Positions 1 through 16,338 are shown, counted from the first letter of the stretch. The stretch: DNA of 64,000 bases from Marsupella aquatica (GCA_973895155.1 OZ316895.1:10838184-10902183); one strand, 5' to 3'. Notes: generated from the letters alone by a model not told the origin. Numbers and translations are program-made.

Positions 1-30
1 TAGGAAGTCCACAGGGGCCAAGATAATTAC

Positions 31-2089
31 CTTGCGTGTGCCATCAGCAGCAGTGTGCACGTCCTTCAATTTGAGCACGTTCAACTCGGCTCTGTCTAGT
101 AGAGCCTCCCTGAATTCCTTGTTTAAACCTGGTCCAGACAACCGGATATTGCAAGCTCATAAGAAGCAGAAAAACTCCATGCTGGCAATTGTGGGTATAT
201 TAGGCCGCCATTCAAACCCAAAGGAGAATACAGAAAAGCTCGGGACGGCTCTCAAATAAAACGTGGTTGACACATGACCCAGACTCAGAGATTGATTGGT
301 CATCCGACGAGAGTAAGGATATCCAAAGATGACTGAGAAAACCCACAGAGCCGGCGTGCAAATATTGTGTTTAAATCCCCGCCAGAATCAAATGTGGAGT
401 CCATTGAACTCAATTGACTTAAATAGTGGCCAGATTATCCTAAGATACACGGAGGTCATTGCAAAATCCCCACACGGCCGACGTCTTTCACACCCAGATT
501 GAGTCTTCTACACGAAGGCATGATTACAAGTCAACAGAGTCAGGACCATACAGAGGAGACCGACGAGCCCCAGACAGCCAATAGATACAAACTGCCGTTA
601 AACCCTTGTCATAGCTGACGAATTTCACCAAAATTTTTCAGCCCGAGAAGAATCTTGTCCCCTGACCACTTGACCATTCAGTTGGCTCGCGCTTCAGGGT
701 GCAGGGTACAGTAGCTGTGCCGTACTCAAAGCCTCACACATACACGATACCGGTCGACCTACAGCAGTGCAGTAGAGCTCTCCGTGGATCTCGCGTGAGC
801 CAAGAGTTACGGGGTTGCGCTGACCCAGCTGCCGATCTCATTCCGACGAATCTTCCTCCACTTCCGGAGGTAACTGCTCATGCACTCACTCCATTCACTC
901 GAGTTCCAGGGCGACAATTCGGGTGAGTAACAAAAGAACGAGGAAGGGAGGGGCTGCATCTACAGTACCTGGCATTTCATCCACACTTGCTGCCCATTTG
1001 CCGTTCCCGTACAGGCATTTCCACAGCATCAGAGCCTGGCTCTTTTTGAACCCAATCGATTCCACCCATGCCTGCCAGAACAAAGTAATCGAAAGCTGTT
1101 ATGATGATAAGGCTGTCGTTTCTGTCTCTCTCTCTGCTCGCGATGGTCATAAAGCTCCTTGTCAAGTCTCTCTCTTGAAGCTCAGAAATCCCAGAGAGAT
1201 TGCTCTTTTAGAAACGAAAACAGAGCCTTGCTCTAGGCAGTTCCATCCCTCTACGGAAATTTGAAAATTCCGTGAAGCAAGACCACAAGGCGATTCATAA
1301 ATCCCACTCTTTCTCTATATCAGATTTCCGGAACGAATTGTGAAACTTGACCCCACGCCCTAGCAGAGAAGCGGCTGAAAAATCTCACCTCCAATTCGCT
1401 GTAGCTCAGATTTCTCAAAATACACTTCTTCTCCACATCTGGTGATATCAGACCCGAGAGCGCAGCTTCTGCTGCGGCATTTATCCATTCCACATCATCC
1501 ACGAAAGTTTAGTGACTTGTCCAACACTATCGCCATTGAAACAGAAGTGACCACGCAAGAAGAAGGCACACAATTCTCAACTGTCCCTTTGTCCCCAAAT
1601 CCCCAAGCAGCCAAGGCATCTCCATCCGCAAAAAATGACCAGTACAATTGTTGTAATGTAAACCCACACGATGATGATCAATCTATGTGGGGATCCAAGA
1701 TGGGCTACCAGCAGAATCTACCATCAGAGGCATTGTGAGGAGGCAATCAAACTTAAATTCAGGGGAGTTCCAGACATCACACAATAAGGGGAGAGAAAAA
1801 GTAACAAAGTGAGTTGCAAACCGCAGAATTGAAGCTTACCAGAGGATTGGGAGACAGCAGATGAGCTACAGCGACGCTGCTGCACCGGAGTTGTGGAGGA
1901 AGGAGGCGATGCTGCAAATGGTAAAGGTGCACTCCTAGTGCTGGATGATGCAGGAAGAGAGTGCAAGGAGGAGAGAGATTGAGCACAGAGAGACACAGCA
2001 GATGGGAGCCTGGCCCTGCGGGTTACAACGGTACACGCCGCTCGGCTGCTGATGAGACTGGTGAGCTCGAGAACAACCGCCATGGCCAT
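31..2089 (-). CDS. RlmN-family radical SAM RNA methyltransferase, organelle-targeted, 5' part only (continues beyond left edge)
   Basis: Phase-consistent GT-AG exons: 2089-1840, ~1471-1389 (alternative in-phase acceptors at 1468 and 1438), 1071-969 and 128-31. They join to MAMAVV...(Ser/Ala/Arg-rich transit-peptide-like)...KKCILRNLSYSELE|AWVESIGFKKSQALMLWKCLYGNGKWAASVDEMPG|LNKEFREALLDRAELNVLKLKDVHTAADGTRK. This is the typical N-terminal helical domain of RlmN followed by the DGTRK motif. The CxxxCxxC motif lies outside the window. Confidence 0.85.
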
Positions 2090-2699
2090 CTCCTTCCTTC
2101 TTCTCCCTCTTCTCCTTCTCCCGTCCCTCCCACTCTGGCTATCAAGCTCTCATTCACTCTCCTCCCTATCCCATGTCAAGAACAAGATCAACACGCACGT
2201 AATGAAAGAAGGAACAACAAAACAGTTCGATAAAAATGTGCAGCGGTGCTCTGGAGGCATCATTCAATTGCAATTTACTAAGATTTGCGAGTTGGCCTCT
2301 CTGCTGCCATGGTGGGATCCATTCTAAGCAGTTGGGTAGGACATTTCTATCGTTGAAAGTGGTACTTAACATTTTTTTTAATTTTTGGTGATACACCCTG
2401 GTTACTCGTTCCTAGAACATAAATAGATATAAAGACACACCTTGCAAAAAAGAAGAAGAAGAATTTTATACCATTTCTCAACTATCTTTGCCTCCTGTTT
2501 TTCCTCCGCCCTCATTTAAGTTTTGTCGTTATTTGGAGTCAATGTCAGTTCTTGTCATCTTTGCTCCAGTCCCTTTTTCTGTCCACCCTCATTTGAAGTT
2601 TTGTCCCCATTAAGAATCACTATCAGTTTTGTCCTTGTTGAGCTAATAGAGGCTTCACTCTAGACCACACGCCCTTAAGAGTAGCTTCCCTTTGCAAAT

Positions 2700-3650
2700 T
2701 ATTAGTAAGATGCCTTCTTCAAGAGTAATGTTGTGTGATTGCCAAGTTTTTGATAGTTATCCCCTACCAACTGTGTACTGAGGTACAAAGTGCACATATT
2801 TGGAATCCCCAGGTTTTCACCAGGATTGTCTTGAAACATTTTGCCACTCCAGAAACAAAATTTATGTTTCTTACAAGCCCAAATGTCCATGTTCAAGTTT
2901 ATCATGTTCAAGGACTCAATCTTCAAGACCAGAATCATCTTCTTCCAAGTCACGATTGCCCCTATACTAATCTAGTCATCTTGGTATTTCTGTAAGATGA
3001 CAAAAGAACTTATTTCTTAAGTTTTTTTGGCAACAAATTTAAAATTTGGTGACTACTTAACAGAGGCATGGGGACTGAACAACATTCTTCTCTCCTAACA
3101 TTGTAACTCAACCCTCATATCTTCTCTTGTCATGTCCTGGGACTTTTGCTTTGATATGTCACTATGTTTGTGATTGAGCTGTCCACTTGAATGGAATACT
3201 AGAGTAATTGAGCCACAAGTAACATTTGCAGTTGATACTATAGAGGATATACACTCCCAAATGCTGAAAACCACCCTGTCCTGCTGAAGTGTCACAATAA
3301 CAAAAAATATCATCTACATAGTTCATCAACGTACAAAAGAACTCATATCAGTGAAAGCAGTAACGTCTGGAGTGAATTAAACATTCCACTCTACACAATT
3401 AAATGGTTGGTGTCAAGCAAAATCTCGTTGATAAATAGTGCCATCTTTGAGTTTTGGTCGACTATCCATGTAATTCTAATGGAGCACTCTCTAATTTTCT
3501 TTTTCCATTCTTGAGAAAGGTGTTTCATGGGACCTTGGATCTCAATTTCCTCTTCTGCATACTTCGTTCACATGGTACAGGCATGGTAAATGAAGTGCAT
3601 CTAAATGTGTTTGCATGCCCTGATCCCACTGATGCACCACCTCACTAAAC
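2700..3650 (-). mobile_element. possible highly decayed Mutator-like transposase remnant
   Basis: The minus strand near 3600-3645 reads WCISGIRACKHI, resembling a SWIM-type C..G..CKH motif. Surrounding frames are broken by stops and no termini were found. Confidence 0.25.
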
Positions 3651-4218
3651 TAGATGTGAGCTATCAGTGAGGAAAAGCTTGACACCTTCACTCTTCGTAA
3701 TTGATTACCTAAGGGGGCTCCACAGTGACTTTGTGGCCCTTTCCTTTAGTGTGTTCGCGTAGTCCCTTTACTTTTGAGTTACTTAAGTTGTGTTTTGTGT
3801 GGAGTATTGATTGGACTCTTAGCTCTTTGAGTTTTTATGGCCTTTCCTTCCCAAGAATCATGCTTGGAGCACATACTTCTTTTCATGTACCTTAATTGGC
3901 CGTGGGCTTGATGCGTTTCAGTTTGGAATGGGGATCAACAAACACCTGCAACACAAACCATCTTAATACCAAGGGAGCTGTGGAAGGGATACATGGGATT
4001 GGGGTTGTTTTGAAATAGAGTAGTTTAGTATGTTGTGGTTACAATCTATCTGCATAATAAACATTGCTAATCTAAGCTCGTGTCAAAGAATTTATATTTC
4101 GAGACTAGTTTTGCACAAGTCTTCTAAAGCTCGTTGCCTCCATTGAAATTCTTACTAATTTAATTATGGTTCCTAAACTTGGCAGGCTTCTTGCAGGTAG
4201 TAGTCTCTCGCACCCATC

Positions 4219-7200
4219 ATGACAAATTCTGTCAAATCTCATGGATCCAAGCAACCCAGCACAGGGCATGGCGGAACAAGTAATGTTTCAGTGGACCAAT
4301 TTTCTGTTGCCCCTTCATCAACTATCACCAGTTTCAAACGAGCGGGCTCAATCACATCAAAGACTTCTAAGAAATCTGCCAAATCAGCGAAGTCGTATGA
4401 CAAAGTGGAGAAAAACTTTACCATGAGCCCCAGGTTTTCATTATCGCAGTCACCTGCGCCAGTGAGCAACAAGGATCGCCCAGAAGGAACAGGAACTGAT
4501 GGATTTGATCCTAATGCAAGGTGCATCTTTGAGCTCACCAAGCTTGAAAGTAAGGTTCAACAGAGTTCATTTTGTGAATTCTTGGGAATTGATCATCCTG
4601 CATTATCTATTTCTGTATCAACCATCATTCGTCATGGTTGTGATCAGGTCTGAGAGCATTGGGGTGCAACATAGGCTACCTATTGGCGAGAATTTAGTGA
4701 CAGTGCTCCCACGACCGTCAGCATGGCCTTCTGAATTTAAGGACATTGAAGAAGAGTATGACCCTGATGAAGAGGGGCGACGTTGGAGAAAGCAGATAGA
4801 GGCAGCGTTGAGAATGTACCCGAGAAACACATGGGGCCCAACAACCAAGTGGGGTTATTTAGATGAAGTCCCAGGGAATGGGACGTTCAAGCAAAAAGAG
4901 CACTACAAAGAGAGCAACTCCATCTGCAACCATGTGAGTAAACAAAGTTGTCCATTCCATTCTCAACTCTCCTACTCATGAAATGGGAATCACGAGGGAA
5001 GCATTGTCTATAGAAACGTCGATAAGTCATCGTGGACAGTCATTAGCACCAAGAGTAGAGAAGAAAACTTGCTGGACTGTTTTCGAAATGTACATTCAAC
5101 TTTTGAAGGACTGATCTCACGAACGAGGTCATTTAGCTTATGAAGAACTTTGATGTGAAAGGCTCCAGGATAAGATGGAGAAAGAGAGGATTGCAAAGAG
5201 GGACATTGGCTTCGTTAGAAATTGGACGAAGTACAAGGACCTGATACATCAGTGGGAGGACGTCCAAGAGGCACGCCAGGGTTTGACATATGGCGAGCCT
5301 AATGAACAGTACCTTGGGAATTCTGAGAAGATGCTACATGCCCAGAACGACAAACGGATTGCCAAAATAAAGGTACTACTTTTTCCTCACGGACGGAGGG
5401 GGCTACAGGTTCCTCTGAACCTTGAAACTAAATGCACTAAAATTGGATACATATGGTGTAGGAAGAGAAAGTGAAGCCAGGATATACCTCCATGTTGGGC
5501 AGAGTGCTCCCCTGACCACATTTTGGTGGTCCATCAGGGTTTTGGGTTGATGATTATGAGTCTCAAATAAATTTTTAGATTTTCACTTCCAAGGCAATTA
5601 GAGAAGGAGGAGACATAAAAAAAACACAAGCCCTAATATTTCATATTAACACAATGAAAATGAATCTAATAGAATTCACCCTTTTCACTTCCAAGGCAAG
5701 TAGAGAAGGAAAAGACCTAAAAAACACAAGCTCTAATATTTCATATTAACACAATGAAAATTAATCTAATAGAATTCGCCCCCTGCATTCACAGTGATGA
5801 ATAACTCAACCAAAATGGCCAAAAATTAATCTAAGAAAATTCACCTCTCTGTGTTAAGTGTTGAGTAACTCAACCAAAATGGCCAAAAAATCACACTATC
5901 ACTTCCATGGAAGTGCAACTTACCTACTCTTCTAGCACATACCCAAAACTAAAAACTATTTGAATTCTATAAATATCAAGTTATTATAATTAAACTCAAA
6001 TTTTGGTAAATATGGTCCATGAGGGTTTCAAAAGACAAACCTTGTGGTCCATGGGAGCATCACTTTCTGTAGAAGATGATGCAGTAAAACAGGATATAAA
6101 TGCAGAAATCTCTGGAAAGTCAATTTTGAAGGTCTGAGTAGAGCTTTTGATTCAGTGGATAGGATTAGTGAGTGCGGGAATGTAGTGCCTTTCTACTGCA
6201 GGTTTCAGTAAATATCTAGAAAGTGAAGATGAATCACTAATCACTGTACTCTAATTTGTGGGCTATAGCTGGGTTTGATAACTTAAGGGACGGCAAGTCA
6301 GATTGATTATTGCCCAAAAAATACGCAAATACCAAATTGTGAACTTAGGAAATGAATAATGAAGCAGGGTTTGTAAAAGGATGAGATATTAAGAGAGGCA
6401 CAAGACACTTTGGTGAAGTCATATTTGATTGTCGCCTGATATAGCATGCTCATCCTAGAACATGCTTTATTTTTTTTGTCTTGTAGTGATCTGAAAGTAA
6501 ATAAAATATGAGTGCATAGAAGTGCTATTATATAAATAAAGTGTTTGCCAAAAAAAGCACACTGACCAAGAAAAGGTACAGAAACGATACTACGATGTGT
6601 GCACTTAACGCAGAGTGCCTTATAAATGACACTCCTTTCAATAAAAACCATAAACCTAGGAAAGAAAAACATAAAGAGAACTTAAGAGGCTATGCATTCA
6701 TGTTCTTCAGCATCATTTCTCTCACTTCCGGTGGTGGAGCCTTTGGTTTCATCTCTAAGAAAACATATCCTTTGGCCAAAATAAGTTCAAAACACTCTAG
6801 AATACCTAAAACTAAAGAGGTCTAAAAATTAATTAAAAATGTATAGAATGCAAAGGCTACCCCTTGATAAGGCACATTGAAATGAAAATACATGACACCA
6901 AAATCTGAATAAGACAAAATCTGAAATGTGCATCACCATATGGCTCCCAATAACACAAAATCTGAAATGTGCATTCACCATATGACAGCTTCAAAAGTGT
7001 GATTGTCTCCTGATAGGAGTGGCAGATTCTGGACACACATTCAAGGCATGGGTTTATGTAACATTTTCGCAACTTGTTGAAGGCCTATTATGTGTTCACT
7101 GACATCTACAGGAACTTCATTTGACAGACATTGTCCTTTCTCATGTCTTTCATTGTAGAATGAGGATGCTAGAAAGAGAACTATAGGGAACATCAGAGAG

Positions 7201-7790
7201 TTCACAAGGTTGGAGAGGCGGGAGCAGGAGTACTTAACAAAGATCAGCAATGACGCTGAGTATCGTAAAGATCCCGGGGCTCGGAAAATCAAAAGTAGTG
7301 TTCGCTACGACATATTGTGCCCCGACTTTCGGCCACCCGAAGACGTGTTTCCTATAAAAATGAAAAAGTGAAACATCTGAACCATCTACACGTTCATAGT
7401 CTCCAATGGTATTTGTTGCTCATGCTTGATGTTCGTCAGTCGCTCTGAATCTCCCACAGTATTATCGTGCTACTGGACAGTTGAGAAAGTCTTTGATAAA
7501 TATCCGTGATTCTGTTACTCAGGTGGCGAGCATGTATGCGGTCATTGAGGCTTCAATCCAAGCAGAGCGGTGCTCGAATGTACAATGTGATGACATGGAA
7601 GCCACAAAAACCGTGTTGTGTACCGCCTCCAAAACCAGACCCAAATGACATCCCGCAAGAAATTCCAAAGGAAAAGTTACCAGCTGAGAGGGCGCCATCC
7701 CCTGCCCGACCAAGAAACATGCTACACGGCTTAGACAGGGTGGAAGACGTACCAGTAGCAAGCAGCCAAGACAACAGGACCAATTGGTAG
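4219..7790 (+). CDS. uncharacterised ~422-aa hydrophilic protein, 5 coding exons (possibly flagellar/sperm-associated)
   Basis: Exons 4219-4520, 4648-4933, 5169-5372, 7159-7367 and 7523-7790 are all flanked by GT/AG with matching phases (2,0,0,2). They total 1269 nt with no internal stop. Exon 4 (NEDARKRTIGNIREFTRLERREQEYLTKISNDAEYRKDPGARKIKSSVRYDILCPDFRPPEDVFPIKMK) is absent from the ORF track. The exon 4 donor (GTGAAA) is weak. Confidence 0.75.
5581..5890. repeat. intronic tandem duplication (~103-bp unit x2) plus duplicated TAACTCAACCAAAATGGCCAAAAA
   Basis: TTTCACTTCCAAGGCAA.TAGAGAAGGA...AATCTAATAGAATTC occurs at ~5581 and ~5684. The 24-mer occurs at ~5802 and ~5867. Confidence 0.8.
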
Positions 7791-9937
7791 AAAATGCATT
7801 ACGCTCTCCTCTGGAGGTTTACCAGCTTGAAGTTTAATGTTTTGTATCATATGAGATATGTGGAATACATTCGACAAATAAACGCCCATTCACATGTTTG
7901 TTGTCAAGTGTCCCTTCCTCTGCAAAATGATCTGTTGTGCTAAAATCCAAATATTAAATTCAGTACATAGATAGTGGCATCCTAATTTACGCCCGGCTGT
8001 AGAGTAATTCCTACATGACCACGAGGTCCATCCAGATCACACAACTCTCAAATCGTGATATTGCCGAGAATCTTGGGAAGACAAACCATCGGGAGCCGGA
8101 GAAAACGAAAACCTTTCTGGGGTGTATTGGAGTGTATACTTAGTGAAAGTACAGCTGAATGACTACAGGTACGGCAAACTATAGCGTCTAGAAAGCCATA
8201 GTCCACAAGGAAACTTTGCATGGTGTCATATGGCGGGAGAAAAATGGGTAAAGAGACCCAAAACCAGTAGTTAAGGCGAGAGGAAGTCTCTCCAACTCGC
8301 ACTAGGGTACGATAGGTGTTATTCACGGTACTTTAAGCTCTATAGGTTAGTTTCGACGATCAGTGAATCTTAGGTTGTGCAGTTCTCTGTGCGGTCCTGA
8401 GTAGGACAATAATTACTGTGGAACACCTAGTCATCCCACTCAATACATCTCCTGACGTGCTTCTATTTCGGGTATATGAACAACTATACCAGGCAATGCC
8501 AGAGCCCAATTCCTGCGCCAGTTATCATGATACTAGAAGACAGACCTCAACGATTCCGAGCCACCTTCCGGCAGACTAGATACCTTTGGTGGGTTTTAGC
8601 GAAGGAAAATTCTGGGACTGTTTGAAGCAGGCAGTGCAAGGTCATATTGTCCACAACCCAAGCCAGCTAATACTGGGCGATGGAAAAGCTTATCCGCGCT
8701 CCTGAAAATATATACATTGAAAATGCACTATTTTAATAGTCGAAAGAATCAATTCCGTCGTGAGTGCATCCCTCCCGCCCTAATCCTCGGACTGGTGCAA
8801 TAGTATGCTGCGGTCGAAAACAAGCCGTCTCGATACAAAATGGAAGGCCTGGGAGGATAGACCATCAAGAGCCAATTTGATGGGCAAGGATTTCTTGCAA
8901 AAACTTGGATTCTAGTGTCAAGACAGACAATTGTAAAGGTTAAAGCCACCTAAACAACTGGATTCTTAGAAAAAAATGGGAATACCGGAGTGGAGAACTG
9001 AGAAGCCCGTGCGGGAGACAAAACCGAGCAGTAGGAAATCGTGGGAGTCTTGACAGAGAATAGATGTGCTACAAAGTTTAACTTACCACGGCGCTCCAAT
9101 GTCCAGAAACAACTCTCAATTGCACGGTACACCCATCCACCATACAATCCTTCCTTGTGCTGCTTACTATCCATCAGAACCAAGTACAGAAGTCCAGCTG
9201 GTCATCAGAGTCCCACAAATACTGAACCTTTAATTACAATAGAGACAAATTTCCAACACTTCGTTGTTCAATTTCACAGTACATGCTTTCAGTGAGCTTT
9301 AGTGCAACGGAAATTCTGAAATTGCGAAGTCGGAAGCTAGGATCTCCGACACATTCCGAGTCCACTCTGTAGTTTCTCTTTTTCACCTGACCCTATATGA
9401 ATTTGGAGATAATGACATCAGACCCAGGTTCTACGCAACGCATTCTCAGGTCGTTATCGCCCAAATTTCGATCCGGTTTACTACAAAAAAATAAGTGAAA
9501 TTCCATGGACGTTCCAAAGCTTTCGAATTAACAGGAGAAGCTAAATATCCGGCATTCTGGCAATCGTGGGAGACATCAAGGAACTATTTGTTTGCAATGG
9601 CAACCGACTACAAAATACACGAACGTCCTGTGGTGGCATACCAAATTTTATTAAAACTGATGCGGCTGCACATATCTCATACCTAAGAAGCCAAGTGACC
9701 AGCTCAATGAAAAATATCCTGGGCAGGCCGACTGAGATTTGCCTTGTGTTATGTGTACACGGCATTTTGAAAGAGAGCAATCCACAACAACAGACAAACC
9801 GTGTTGTTCCCACACTAAACTACCTCAACAACATGTCAATTTGTCAAAAATGTTCTATACACAGCTCCTGCGTAAAACCGTTGCCAATCCACTCCTAGTG
9901 ACTAGCGGGTAACTTACTTACCCGTGAACACATTTTC

Positions 9938-12442
<2,505 letters not shown>

Positions 12443-13324
12443 TCTCCCTCTTCCTTCCCTTTCCTCCCTTCCTCTCCCCTGAGAAGTCAATCTCTCTCAC
12501 TGCCACGCTCCCGTAGCTGATAACACCAAAAGATCTTCTAAACCCTTTTCCCTGCCTGCAGCTTCTGCCTCCTCTCCGGCTCTAACTTTTAAACTCCAAC
12601 ACCCCACTGCTCATACCTTTCTTCCTCCTCTCTCCTATTCTTCAGTACGGGACTGCCACAATACCACATAGATGAATCTGCCAGAAACACCGCCGCCCTC
12701 TCTCTTTCGCAACTCCTCCTCAGATCCTGTCCAGCCTCCGAGCCCCGCACCTCCGGTTTCCCCTCTTGCCGAACAACCCCGCTTGCCTCTCCTCTTCTCT
12801 CTCCTCCACGATAATGAATGAAACTCCGAAACCGCGCCGCCTTCACCTTCAACAATCCACTCCACCACGAGCCCACCTCCTCCCACCTACAGTAGTGTAC
12901 TTGCACAGCTCGCAATCCCCTCCTCCCGGCACTGCGCTGCCACAATAAAGCACTAGAGGGAGTGGAGAGAAAGACCAGCAAGGCAACGCAGCAAGGCGAG
13001 GCGAGGCGAGGCGAGGAGAATGGAGAATCCGAATCTCCGCTTGCCTCGACTCCCGCAGAATAAACAATGCGGAGAGAGCACCGCAGTAGGGCGAAGATCG
13101 GCGCAATGATGTGAATCCGTGGAGTCCGGAGACGAGAGAAGAGAGAAAAGCGAAGTAGCGAAGAAAGAGCAGCGACGACAGAGCAGAGCAGCGACGACAG
13201 AGCTCCCACTTGTGACGGCTGACCATAAATCAATTCAATCACACAATCTGGTCAAGAATTTCACAAACGGTGGAGCTCCCTCCCTCCCTCCCTCCCTCCC
13301 TCGATGGGACAAGGAGCTTTTTAC

Positions 13325-14140
13325 AATGGCAAACCCCAGAAATCTAGAAAGGACCCAATTTACTGCAAAGGGGAAACAAAGTACACTGGAAGGAAAAGCA
13401 AAAAGTGGTCCAGAGAAGGCAAATGCAAACCCCCAAAATCTTGAAAGGACCACTTTGGTGAGAAGGGTCAGACAAAGTACTCTGGAGAAAAAGCAAACGA
13501 GGTCCTGAGAGGAGTGCTAACCCCCAAAATCTGGAGAGGATAAATTTTGCGAGAAGGGTCGGACAATGTATAGTGGAGAAAAAGCATATGAGGTGTAGAG
13601 AGGACAAGCACCAAAGAAGAGGGCAAATGCAATCCCCATAAATCTACTGTAGAAAAGACCAATTTACTGAATGCGTCAAACAAAGTAGAATGAAGAAACA
13701 GCAAAGAGGTCATGAGAGGACCAACACCAAACTCAAAGATGAGCTCAGCCAAATGCTAACCCCCAAAAACCTAGGAAGAACGTACCATTTTGTTGAGAAG
13801 CATCAAACAACATGCATTGGAGAAAAAACAAAGAGGCCTTGAGGGGACAAATACGAAATTAAAAAGTTGAGGACAAATGCAAACCCCAGAAACCTAGAAT
13901 GGATAATGTTACTGAGAATCAAAGAAAGGACAATGGAGAAATAGCAAGAGAGCTTTAAGGGGACAAACACTAAACTCAATAGAAGAGGGCAAATGCAAAC
14001 CCCCAAAACCTAGGAAGGACCAATTACTAAGAAAGGTCAAACAAAGTACCATCCTAGAGAAAAATTGAAAGAGGTCAAGAGAGCACAAACACCAAACTAC
14101 AAATGAAGAGGGGTGGAAATGCAAACCACAGAGACCTAGA
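13325..14140. repeat. degenerate tandem repeat, ~8 units of ~90-125 bp, upstream of the E2 gene
   Basis: The anchor (AAATGC)AAACCCC.AAA.CT.GAA(A)GGAC...CAAAGTA...GGAGAAAAA...GAGGTC recurs at ~13330, 13425, 13515, 13628, 13752, 13876, 13992 and 14118. Confidence 0.8.
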
Positions 14141-16338
14141 ATGAAGAAAAAATTGCCCATGCAAATCTTACTCTCAACATATACCTTGGAAATTCCAACA
14201 TATCAGCTAAGAAATAGAGATCAAGCAATGTGTGATGATTTGATGGTTACACCCCATAATCCCTCTCCAGCCCATTGTTATCCTACACCTGTGTGCCTCC
14301 TCCCTAGCTTCTTCACTTCTGCGCCCCCCCCCTCCTCCTCAGTGTCTCCCTCTAGAGTGCATGTGGGGGCACTCTTCTCTGGTGGTGTGGTTTGGTAGCT
14401 ATGAGTGATGGCACTGGGGGCCAAGGAATCAAGGAAGGGTACCTCCAACTTGCCCCACTTGGCGTACTAGCCAAGCCTGCCCTTCCTTGGAAGCTTGGAA
14501 ACCGGGGCCAGGAGCACTTCAATCATGATGATTGGGAAAATGATAAAATGTTAGTCTAGGAGGGTCATACACTTCCTGGAGACACTTAAACCTCCACTAA
14601 CCTTGACAAAAATCTGGATCCATCTGATTTCACCAGTAGTAGTAATTTTCCCTGAATCCATGGAGAAGACTGGCATGGGAGTGAATAAAATGTGGAAAGA
14701 GAAGGAAGTGTTGGACACTTTCCAGTCCGGTATATATATATATTGTTCTGTTGCAAGTCATAGGTTGAGGCATTTCCCGATTCAAGACAGTCCTTTTTGC
14801 ACTAGGTTTCTTCCCCTATCTTGCATTCTACCCACCGTCCTCCCTCTCATCCCTTTACAGAAAACATTCCACCACCTGACCCTCCCTCCTCCTGGCCCAC
14901 CCATACCTAAGCCCCAGCCCCGACCAAAACAAGCCCCAGCCCCAGCCCCGACCACCCTAACCCTAGGATGAGGCCAAAGAAATTCCTAAACAAGTATTGT
15001 AATCATGAGAACATTATAAAATGACAATTGCAGGTTGCCAAATTTACCAAAGATTAAAAGCTATGATACTAGTGGCAATAAGAGGCTAGAGTTGGGGTCT
15101 AAGTAGGCTTCTAGAGTGAAGTCCCTAGACAATGACTTTAGGGCCCCACCCAAATTTATGTGGATGGAAAAATGGATGAGATATTTATGTATGTCAAAAT
15201 GATGATCATGCATAACAATTTAGGTCATCATTTCTATTAACATTCAAAGAATGGACAATCAGGCTCAATTACAAAAATGTACTTGCAAAATGTGTGCTAC
15301 TGGAAGGTCTCCCTTGTTTCTCTTGGTGGCCATGACTCTGTGTTTACTTGTACTGTGCAACTAGAATACACATTGCATAGCAATGCAGTTGAGTTGTAAC
15401 ACACAACAGAGTATATCTCCTACATTGCCCAACCTATTGCATAAGTGGTGTCCTTGTATGCTTACTAAACTCCTTGTTAGAAAGGCTCAGACAAGGCCAA
15501 AATGGACCGTGCCATCCATAGAACCCAAAAGAGAGGGCCTGCTCAAGTGTTTGTTTGCTTGAACAGGGCGTCTCAAACCTCCCAGTTTTGCCTCTGGTCA
15601 CGGTCAAGGTTGTTTTCACGTAACCAATATGGGGACACAAAAAAGCTTGTCCTACCCCTTGTGACCGCAGACCCAAACTGGTACTTTTGGGACAGGGATC
15701 TTTTTGGGGATCTAAAGGTTTGAGACTCCATAATGGCTCAAGTCTTTTTCTGGTTTGTGCTTTTTCATCTCTACTTGTTTCTCTTTACTCCTTTCCACTT
15801 CTTCTTCATCTCTTAGCTGATCACATAATGATGGTGGACTTGTGGTGTCTACAAGTGTAACGGTGGTGGAACAAAGTAGCTATGATTGATTGATACCTCA
15901 TAAATAACACGTTCAGAGCATCAGCAATGGTTTTTCCAGTTGCACGCTGGCATATATCATGTTTTTGGAGCTGCGTTTGAGGCTGTGACTGATCGATCCA
16001 GGAGCACAGGACTTATCGTGCACCAGTGGCAGCCTTTCAGTCCTGAAATTGTATCACCTTCAATTGTTGGTGGCAGAGACGAGGGAGGGAAATTCCATGT
16101 CGGGCCAGATGCAAACATGTGGTAGTTTTTATAGTTTTGCCAGGATTGCACTGGAAGTGTTTTGCTGAAAAAGTGGCCAAGATCCTGACACGGAAAGCAG
16201 TTTTCGCACTGGCCTAGATATTGTGGACGGACACCTATCTCAGGTGCAAAGGGAGGAGGTGGAAAGGCTGATTACTCAGCTAATTGTGTGATGACTCCCT
16301 CCTTTGTATCCAAAACTAGTGGTACGGCAGGAAGATTG

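Noticed and set aside
6073-6131. Possible extra exon (TGTAG...AAG|GT) in intron 3 of the unknown gene
   Set aside because: Has a stop in the required phase 0 frame and would shift the frame.
12589-13242. 217-aa and overlapping minus-strand ORFs upstream of the E2
   Set aside because: Non-ATG starts, low-complexity GA/CT-rich sequence and no domain. More likely 5' leader or promoter.
15940-16300. Possible LINE ORF2 C-terminal remnant (RARCKHV...)
   Set aside because: Similarity is too short and frameshifted to support without a search.
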